Below, piece by piece: positions 17,992-24,000 of a DNA stretch of 24,000 nt (its first letter is position 1; every line of letters begins with the position of its first letter). Below the pieces are notes generated by a model, which ran no database searches, was not told the DNA's origin, and saw only the letters and a program-made list of their open reading frames with translations. This DNA comes from Gaiellaceae bacterium (GTDB lineage: Bacteria; Actinomycetota; Thermoleophilia; Gaiellales; Gaiellaceae), in NCBI GenBank assembly GCA_037721555.1, contig JBBJOI010000037.1:1-24000 (forward strand), written 5' to 3'. The position numbers and the translations under genes were made by a program.

Positions 17992-18657
17992 CTAGACGGA
18001 CGAGGTGATGAAGAGCGGGTCGCTCGTCGGTACGTCCACGCCTCCGTCCCGCTCGAGCGTCACGGCGACGCTCTGCCCGGGCGCGACCCGACGGGTCAGC
18101 GCGGCCGCGCCGGGCTTCTCGAAGATCCCCGCTCGGTGCATGACCCTTCCCTCGGCCACCCAGATCTCGTAGTCCTTGCCCTCCGGCGCGGCGGCGAGGT
18201 TACGCACGACGAGCACCGCCCTCCCGGTCGGCGTCACAACGAGCGACGCCTCTCCGGTCTCGGTGTCGTACGTGCGTGCGCTCGGGTGGCCGAGGACGGA
18301 CGTGATCTCCTTGGCATCGTCGAGCTCGCCCGAGACCGACGCGCCCCACAGGCCGAGCGCCAGCGCAGCGACGGCCGCGACCGCGGCGGCCGACGAGAGC
18401 ACCGGCACCGCGAAACGGCGCCGCAGCGGAACGACGTTCGGACGCTCGCTGCGCGCCTGTTCCAGGATCCGGTCGCGAAGACCGGCCGGCGGCCGCGACC
18501 CACCGGCGGCGCGGGCGAGCGAGCCGGTGACCTTCCGGAAGCCCTGCAGCTCTTCGCGGCAGCCCTCGCACGAGGCCAGGTGCGCCTCGTAACTCCCGCG
18601 CTCAGAAGCGTCGAGTGCGTCCAGCGCATAGGCGGCGGTCAGCTCGTGTAGCTCCAC
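17992..18657 (-). CDS. rskA: Anti-sigma factor, RskA (anti-sigma-K) type
   Basis: N-terminal LTAAYALDAL...HLASCEGCREEL (zinc-finger anti-sigma motif), a central TM helix, and a C-terminal KDYEIWVAEGRVMHRAGIF block typical of the RskA extracytoplasmic domain. GTG start has GGAGG 7 nt upstream. It overlaps the sigma gene by 19 nt. Confidence 0.85.
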   Translation of the reverse strand: MELHELTAAYALDALDASERGSYEAHLASCEGCREELQGFRKVTGSLARAAGGSRPPAGLRDRILEQARSERPNVVPLRRRFAVPVLSSAAAVAAVAALALGLWGASVSGELDDAKEITSVLGHPSARTYDTETGEASLVVTPTGRAVLVVRNLAAAPEGKDYEIWVAEGRVMHRAGIFEKPGAAALTRRVAPGQSVAVTLERDGGVDVPTSDPLFITSSV

Positions 18658-19223
18658 GAGGTGGCCTCCACTTCATCGTCGAGGAGCTCACGCAGCCGCG
18701 CGAGCCCGGAGAACATTCGGCTCTTGATCGTGCCGAGCGGCTGACCGAGACGGTCGGCGAGCTCGGACTGGGTGTAGCCGCCGTAGTACGCGAGCTCGAT
18801 CGCCTCCCGCTGCTGGTCCGGAAGCTGAGCGAGAGCGCCCTGAACGCGCTCGCGCTCGAGACGCAGCCAGGCGTCGTCCTCGGCGGAGTCGGTCGTCGGC
18901 TCGGGCGCGTCTTCGAGTGGATCGCTTCGCCGCCGCTGCTCGCGTCGGACGAGATCGACGGCGCGCCGGTGCACGAGTGTGAGCAGCCAGGTCGAGGCCT
19001 TCGCCCGTTCGGGCACGAACGAGCCGGCCGTGCGCCAGAGCCCGAGGAATGCTTCCTGCACCGCATCCTCTGCGAGCGATTCGTCCCGGAGAACACGGAA
19101 GGCGAGGCCGTACGCGATGCCACCGATGCGGTCGTAGAGCTCCGCGAGCGCCGTCTCGTCCGACCGCGCCACGAGCGCTACGAGTGCCTCGTCGGACAGG
19201 TGGGCGTGGTCGCGGCGGCGCAT
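18639..19223 (-). CDS. sigK: ECF (group IV) RNA polymerase sigma factor, SigK-like
   Basis: From ATG 19223: MRRRDHAHLSDEALVALVARSDETALAELYDR.... Region 2 DAVQEAFLGLW and region 4 YTQSELADRLGQPLGTIKSRM. Paired with an RskA-type anti-sigma. An alternative ATG lies at 19268. Confidence 0.9.
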   Translation of the reverse strand: MRRRDHAHLSDEALVALVARSDETALAELYDRIGGIAYGLAFRVLRDESLAEDAVQEAFLGLWRTAGSFVPERAKASTWLLTLVHRRAVDLVRREQRRRSDPLEDAPEPTTDSAEDDAWLRLERERVQGALAQLPDQQREAIELAYYGGYTQSELADRLGQPLGTIKSRMFSGLARLRELLDDEVEATSWSYTS

Positions 19224-19289
19224 CGGTGGACCCGCCTGAGGGCGGGGACCGAACGCTAGCAGCGGCATCTGAAGACAGGCGACCACGCC

Positions 19290-19326
19290 TCGTATTCGTT
19301 GTAGCGAGCGCCCCGGTTCGTATTCG
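19290..19326. repeat. Two copies of TCGTATTCG, 28 bp apart, in the divergent control region
   Basis: Exact 9-mers at 19290-19298 and 19318-19326, between the sigma gene and the DUF4331 operon. Confidence 0.9.
19293..19320 (-). promoter_or_regulatory. Candidate ECF-type promoter for the sigma/anti-sigma operon
   Basis: The - strand reads CGAACC - 16 nt - CGAATA. This has an AAC-containing -35 and a CG-initiated -10 at ECF-like spacing, about 70 nt upstream of ATG 19223. Both elements lie within the repeated 9-mers. Confidence 0.3.
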
Positions 19327-19328
19327 GG

Positions 19329-19358
19329 TTGTTTAAAAGGCTCGCATCGCGGTAGGAT
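19329..19358 (+). promoter_or_regulatory. Candidate housekeeping-type promoter for the DUF4331 operon
   Basis: TTGTTT (19329-19334), an 18-nt spacer, then TAGGAT (19353-19358). AAGGAG at 19383-19388 lies 7 nt before ATG 19396. Confidence 0.3.
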
Positions 19359-19395
19359 CGGGGAGGCTGGCGCCACGACCTAAAGGAGTGGGGGA

Positions 19396-20976
19396 ATGAA
19401 ACGACCCGTACTACTGGCGCTCAGCGCTGCGGGCGTCTTGCTCGTGACTGCGCTGCTCGCAGGTGTTGTCGGCTCGGCGCCCAAGTCGGCGAGTGCGGCC
19501 AGTCACAGGGAGGCGCCGCTGATCTCGCTCGACGGGCCTGCGGACAACACCGACACGTTCTTCTTCCGGAGCTACGAGCCGGGGCAGGGCGACAAGGTCG
19601 TCCTGGTCATGAACGTGAGCCCGGGCGAGGAGCCGAGTGCCGGACCGAACTACTGGAACTTCGACCCGAACGTCCGGTACTCGTTCAACATCGACAACAA
19701 CCAGGATGGTCAGGCTGACGATGTCGTGGTCTCGTTCGACTTCGACACCGAGATCCGGGGCGTCGTCGAGGCGCTCGACCTGCCGGTTTCCTACTTCGGT
19801 GGCGTGGCGCCGGTTCCGGCGATCACCGCGCTCGACGGGCGTGGTTCCGAAGGGCTCGGCCTGCGCCAGACGTTCGGCGTCACCATCGACAGCGGCACCG
19901 CTCGCGGCACCTTCCGGCGCAATTCCAAGGCGATCCAGCAGGACGCCGACGGGAAGCCGCTGATCGCGGTTCCCTCCAACGTCGGGCCCCGCACGATGCC
20001 GAACTACGACGCGCTGGCGGCGCAGGGGATCTACAACCTCGGCAACGGCATCCGCGTGTTTGCAGGGCAGCGCAACGATCCGTTCTACATCGATCTCGGC
20101 GCGGTCTTCGACTCGCTGAACCTGCGGCGTCTCCCGCCGCTGCTCTCGGCAGTCGAGGATGCCAACGACAGCCTCAACCCGTTCGGCGTCGACATGATCT
20201 CCGGCTTCAGCGTGCACACGATCGCGATCGAGATGCCGGCGAGCCTGCTGACGAGAGACGGCCAGAGTGCCGGGACGACCACCTCGCCGAAGCTCGGCTT
20301 GTACGCGGCGACGAGCCGGCCGACCGTGACGGTCAGGCCTCGGTCGGGGAGTGCCGGCCGCGGGCTCTTCCCGTTCGGCAACGACACCCAGGTCTCGCGG
20401 CTCGCGAATCCGCTTGTCAACGAGCTGATCATCGGGACCGAGGACAAGGACGAGTGGAACGCCGGCGATCCGGATGGTGAGGAGAAGTTCGTCGGGTACT
20501 ACCTGAAGCCGCGGATCGCGCTGGCATTCCAGCTGGCCTTCGGCTTCCCGACCGGCTGCACGGTGTTCGGTGGGCCGACGTGCTCCCCGAACCCGCCGGC
20601 GAACACCGACACGTCGCTCGGCAACTTCAACAGGACAGACCTCGTCAACATCCTGCTGAAGTACTCGCCGTCCGACACGAACCTGTCGGAGCTGCTCCGG
20701 CTCGACCTCAGCGTCGCGCCGAGGCCGCTGGCAACGCAGAGCCGACTGGGTCTCCTGGGTAGAGATCCGGCTGGTTATCCGAACGGCAGACGCCCGAAGG
20801 ACGACGTCACCGACATCACGATCCGGGTGGCGGGCGGACCGAACTACATCGACAACAGGGCGGGAGACGGCGTGAACACGGACATCAGTCCGCTGCCAAC
20901 GGCGTTCCCGTTCATCGCGCGACCGTCTGACGGACGGAATCTCAACCCGGAGCCGCACATCGATCCGACTCCGTAA
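19396..20976 (+). CDS. Secreted DUF4331 family protein
   Basis: Signal peptide (MKRPVLLALSAAGVLLVTALLAG...SASA), followed immediately by ASHREAPLISLDGPADNTDTFFF, the DUF4331 N-terminal hallmark as I recall it. 526 aa with a strong RBS. Confidence 0.85.
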   Translation: MKRPVLLALSAAGVLLVTALLAGVVGSAPKSASAASHREAPLISLDGPADNTDTFFFRSYEPGQGDKVVLVMNVSPGEEPSAGPNYWNFDPNVRYSFNIDNNQDGQADDVVVSFDFDTEIRGVVEALDLPVSYFGGVAPVPAITALDGRGSEGLGLRQTFGVTIDSGTARGTFRRNSKAIQQDADGKPLIAVPSNVGPRTMPNYDALAAQGIYNLGNGIRVFAGQRNDPFYIDLGAVFDSLNLRRLPPLLSAVEDANDSLNPFGVDMISGFSVHTIAIEMPASLLTRDGQSAGTTTSPKLGLYAATSRPTVTVRPRSGSAGRGLFPFGNDTQVSRLANPLVNELIIGTEDKDEWNAGDPDGEEKFVGYYLKPRIALAFQLAFGFPTGCTVFGGPTCSPNPPANTDTSLGNFNRTDLVNILLKYSPSDTNLSELLRLDLSVAPRPLATQSRLGLLGRDPAGYPNGRRPKDDVTDITIRVAGGPNYIDNRAGDGVNTDISPLPTAFPFIARPSDGRNLNPEPHIDPTP

Positions 20977-20994
20977 GGCAGACGAAGCAGCAAC

Positions 20995-22317
20995 GTGAGA
21001 CGCACGCGAATCGTGCTTGCGGGGACGGTGGCGGCAATCGCCGCCACCGTCCTCCTGCTCGGCGGCATCTTCCGCGACTCGCCGGCGGTTGGGGCGGAAG
21101 GTAAGCCGTCCCCCGTCCTGGTGACCTCGGGGCGTCTGGCAGGGGCAACCTCCCCTTCGGACACTGCCACGCTCGTCCGGCAACTGCAGGCGTCGCTGCG
21201 TACCAACCGAAACGACGTGAAGTCCCTGCGGCTCCTCGGGTTTGCATACCACCAGCGGTACCGCGAATCAGCCGATCCCCTGTACCTGACGCGGGCGGCC
21301 GGGCTCTTTCGACGGTCGCTCCGGCTTGAACCGGCCGATCCCGCTGCGACGCTCGGGCTGGCCGGACTTTCACTCTCCCAACACCAGTTCCGTCGCGCGC
21401 TGCGCCTCGCTCGAACTGCGCAACGGCTTCAGCCGGACTCCGCAGACTCGCACGGAGCCGTCGGCGATGCGCTGATCGAGTTGGGTCGGTACCCCGAGGC
21501 GTTCGCCGCGTTCGACCGGATGACCGCGTTGCGCCCGAGCCTCGCGGGGTACGCGCGGGTCGCCTACGGGCGTGAGCTGCTCGGTCGGCCGCGGGCTGCG
21601 CTCGAGGCGATGAGCCTGGCTCGCGATGCGAGTGGCGGCAGGCCAGAGCCTGCAGCCTGGACGTTGGTCGAGCTCGGCAAGCTCTACTTCGGGATGGGCC
21701 GCATTGCGCCCGCCCGCGCTCAGTTCGCCGATGCGCTACGAATCTTTCCAGGCTACGTCTATGCCCTCGACTGGCTCGCCCGCACGGAGGCCGCCTCGGG
21801 GCGCTACCCGCGGGCGGTTGCGCTCTCTCGGCGCGCAGTCGACGCCGTGCCGTTGCCGCAGTTCGTCGCGACACTCGCCGACATCCGCCGTGCAAGTGGC
21901 GACGAGCGCGGTGCTCGGCGCGAGTTCGCACTCCTAGGCGCGATCCAGCGCCTATTGCAGGCGAATGGGATCAACTCCGACCTCGAGGTCGCTCTGTTCC
22001 GCGTCGATCACGGCATCCGGCTCGCGAGCGCGCTCGAGCTAGCTCGAGCAGCCCGGGGGAACCGGCCCTCGATCTACGGTGACGACGTCCTGGCCTGGGC
22101 GCTGGCTCGAAACGGGCGCTGCATGGAGGCGCGCGCCTACTCCACACGTGCGCTTCGGTTGGGGACGAAGGACGCGAGCTTCTACTTCCATCGGGGGATG
22201 ATCGAGCGCTGCCTCGGCCACGGTGCAGACGCGGCCAGATGGTTCACCCGTGCTCTCGAGACGAACCCGAACTTCTCCTTGATCTGGGGGGATACAGCCA
22301 GGAGGTACGCGGCGTGA
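20995..22317 (+). CDS. Membrane-anchored tetratricopeptide-repeat (TPR) protein
   Basis: N-terminal TM helix (IVLAGTVAAIAATVLLLGG), then multiple TPR-like helical pairs (LGFAYHQRYRESADPLYLTRAAGLFRRSLRLEP...; ALIELGRYPEAFAAFDRMTALRP...). GTG start lies 19 nt after the DUF4331 stop. Confidence 0.8.
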   Translation: MRRTRIVLAGTVAAIAATVLLLGGIFRDSPAVGAEGKPSPVLVTSGRLAGATSPSDTATLVRQLQASLRTNRNDVKSLRLLGFAYHQRYRESADPLYLTRAAGLFRRSLRLEPADPAATLGLAGLSLSQHQFRRALRLARTAQRLQPDSADSHGAVGDALIELGRYPEAFAAFDRMTALRPSLAGYARVAYGRELLGRPRAALEAMSLARDASGGRPEPAAWTLVELGKLYFGMGRIAPARAQFADALRIFPGYVYALDWLARTEAASGRYPRAVALSRRAVDAVPLPQFVATLADIRRASGDERGARREFALLGAIQRLLQANGINSDLEVALFRVDHGIRLASALELARAARGNRPSIYGDDVLAWALARNGRCMEARAYSTRALRLGTKDASFYFHRGMIERCLGHGADAARWFTRALETNPNFSLIWGDTARRYAA

Positions 22318-23744
22318 GGCGTCTGCTGCTTGCTGTACTGGCGCTCGTCGTCCTATGGGCTCCTGCCGAGGCGCTTGCACATCCGCTCGGCAACTTCACC
22401 GTCAATCGCTACAGCCGCGTTCAGCCTTCCGGGGATCGTGTCTATGTACTGTACGTCCTCGATCTGGCGGAGATTCCCACCTTCCGCGAGCGCGCTCAGG
22501 CCCGGAATGCTGAGGCGTACGCGGACGCGACTGCCGATCGGATCGCCCACGGCCTCCGGCTCAGCGTCGGCGGCAAGCGTCTCGTCCTGGAGCCGCTCCG
22601 GCGCACGATTGCGTTCCCCCCGGGTGCCGGCGGGCTGCGTACGACGCGGCTCCAGGTCCTGTTCCGCTCGCCGCGGATCGACTCGGAGGGATCGCTTGCG
22701 CTCCGCTACACCGACACGAATTTCGCGGGGCGGATCGGTTGGCAAGAGGTCACCGTCCGCGCAAGCGGGGATTCCCGTGTCGTGTCCGCGTCCGTTCCGA
22801 CGAGCAGTATCAGCGGGGAGCTGCTGTCATATCCGAAGGACTTGCTCACGAGCCCGCCTGACGTGTCGAGTGCGACCGCTCGCTTCGAGCCCGGCACGTC
22901 CGGCCCGGTACCCACGCTGCTCGATCCCGAGCAATTGAAGGCGCGCGTGGCAGTACGCAACACCGCCGACGGTGGATTTGCCGCGCTGATCGCAGAGGAT
23001 GAGCTGAGCTTTGGTTTCGTGCTCGTCTCGCTGCTCGTAGCGCTCTTCTGGGGCGCCGTGCACGCGTTCAGCCCCGGCCATGGGAAGGCGATCGTGGCGG
23101 GCTACCTCGTCGGCACGCGGGGGCGGCCTCGCGACGCGTTTGCCCTTGGCGCGATCGTGACGGTCACGCACACAGCCGGGGTTTTCGCGCTCGGAGGTAT
23201 CACGCTCGTGTTGTCGGAGTTCATCGTTCCCGAGCAGCTGTATCCCTGGCTGAACCTCGTTTCTGCCTTGCTCGTGGTGGCGGTCGGGCTTGGGATCCTA
23301 CGCTGGCGCATCCGCGTCTGGCGCCGCGGAGACTCCTTTGGGGGCGGTCACGAGCATCATCACCACGGCGACCATCAGCATGGCGGCGTGGCTCACAGTC
23401 ACAGCGTCCATGCCCACCACCACGAACCTGGGAGCGGCCGCGGCGGCCTGCTCGGCATCGGTATCTCAGCCGGGATCATTCCGTGCCCGACCGCCCTCGT
23501 TGTTCTGCTGGCTGCGATCTCGCTTCAACGCATCGGCTACGGCCTCGTTCTGATCGTGGCGTTCAGCTTTGGTCTTGCCGCCTCAGTCACGTCGATTGGG
23601 CTCGTCGCCGTCACTGCGAGGCGCAGATTCAACCGCATGTCGTTCGACGGACCAGTGATCCGTGCTCTGCCCGCCGTGAGCGCGGTGGCCGTACTTGGGC
23701 TCGGCATCGTGATGACCCTCCGAGCCCTCTCTCCGTTGCTTTGA
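22314..23744 (+). CDS. Fusion of a periplasmic domain to a NicO/RcnA-type nickel/cobalt permease with a His-rich loop
   Basis: GTG 22314 overlaps the TPR stop (GTGA), with GGAGG 8 nt upstream. Signal peptide ends ...APAEALA, then HPLGNFTVNRY. The C-terminal half has HAFSPGHGKAIVAGYLVG (NicO/RcnA-like), the loop GGGHEHHHHGDHQHGGVAHSHSVHAHHHE, and further TM helices. Confidence 0.8.
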   Translation: MRRLLLAVLALVVLWAPAEALAHPLGNFTVNRYSRVQPSGDRVYVLYVLDLAEIPTFRERAQARNAEAYADATADRIAHGLRLSVGGKRLVLEPLRRTIAFPPGAGGLRTTRLQVLFRSPRIDSEGSLALRYTDTNFAGRIGWQEVTVRASGDSRVVSASVPTSSISGELLSYPKDLLTSPPDVSSATARFEPGTSGPVPTLLDPEQLKARVAVRNTADGGFAALIAEDELSFGFVLVSLLVALFWGAVHAFSPGHGKAIVAGYLVGTRGRPRDAFALGAIVTVTHTAGVFALGGITLVLSEFIVPEQLYPWLNLVSALLVVAVGLGILRWRIRVWRRGDSFGGGHEHHHHGDHQHGGVAHSHSVHAHHHEPGSGRGGLLGIGISAGIIPCPTALVVLLAAISLQRIGYGLVLIVAFSFGLAASVTSIGLVAVTARRRFNRMSFDGPVIRALPAVSAVAVLGLGIVMTLRALSPLL

Positions 23745-23756
23745 AAGGGATTCCGA

Positions 23757-24000
23757 ATGCTCGGAGTTGACGACTGGCTCTCCGGCTTCTCCGATGGGAC
23801 TTCGCTGTGGCTCGTGGTGCTAGTGGCCGTATTCCTCGGCCTGCGGCACGCCGCGGATCCGGATCACCTCGCTGCCGTCACGACTCTGATCGCGAGCAGG
23901 CGGGACGCTTCTGGGCGCGCCGCAGCGCACATGGGGCTGGCGTGGGGAATCGGCCACGGCACGACGCTCTTCGTGTTCGGCCTGCCGATCGTGGTCTTCA
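23757..24000 (+). CDS. NiCoT/UreH-like nickel/cobalt transporter, 5' partial (runs off the window)
   Basis: MLGVDDWLSGFSDGTSLWLVVLVAVFLGLRHAADPDHLAAVTTLI...GIGHGTT. LRHAxDxDH resembles the NiCoT signature helix. AAAGGGA lies upstream of ATG 23757. Confidence 0.75.
   Translation, partial: MLGVDDWLSGFSDGTSLWLVVLVAVFLGLRHAADPDHLAAVTTLIASRRDASGRAAAHMGLAWGIGHGTTLFVFGLPIVVF

Noticed and set aside
19411-21252. 613-aa ORF antisense to the DUF4331 and TPR genes
   Set aside because: Shadow ORF with Arg-rich composition. The + strand frames have a signal peptide, the DUF4331 hallmark, an RBS and TPR repeats.
1-24000. Scan for CRISPR arrays, tRNA/rRNA genes, IS elements, integrases, toxin-antitoxin or defence genes
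   Set aside because: No spaced repeat arrays, no cloverleaf-like conserved tRNA blocks in the short intergenic regions, and no transposase, integrase or nuclease-like ORFs were recognisable. The intergenic space is too small to hide such elements, apart from the 5921-6242 leader discussed above.

Overview
High-GC (about 70% by eye), densely coding, actinobacterial-type chromosomal segment with genes on both strands. I found no rRNA, tRNA, CRISPR array, transposase or integrase. Positions 1-17929 are mostly core housekeeping. They hold the 3' end of a cold-shock gene with a clean intrinsic terminator, then gatC-gatA-gatB. gatB is translationally coupled (ATGA/GTGA overlaps) to a membrane-anchored cupredoxin-like protein and a large polytopic membrane-protein gene, and that last gene is broken by one in-frame TAA. 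Next come a secreted Rpf/transglycosylase-like protein with a ~320 nt leader, a class-V aminotransferase plus serA, a YbaK-type deacylase plus ilvE, a DegT-type aminotransferase, a RemA/DUF370-like protein, an Mpg glycosylase, a class A PBP with PASTA domains, and RecQ. The right end (17992-24000) looks accessory. A SigK-like ECF sigma and RskA-type anti-sigma pair is transcribed divergently from an operon of DUF4331 protein, TPR protein, a NicO/RcnA-like permease fusion with a very His-rich loop, and a second NiCoT-like permease cut by the window edge. This cluster is my best candidate for an undescribed system: an envelope metal (Ni/Co, possibly Cu) trafficking module under ECF control. Other points worth a second look are a ~70 nt island of A/T-ending rare codons, including TTA, inside the most conserved block of gatB; the in-frame stop in the membrane gene; possible c-di-AMP (ydaO)-like sequence blocks in the Rpf-like leader; and several short perfect repeats at gene junctions. 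All calls rest on reading the sequence and recalling family motifs from memory. No searches were run.
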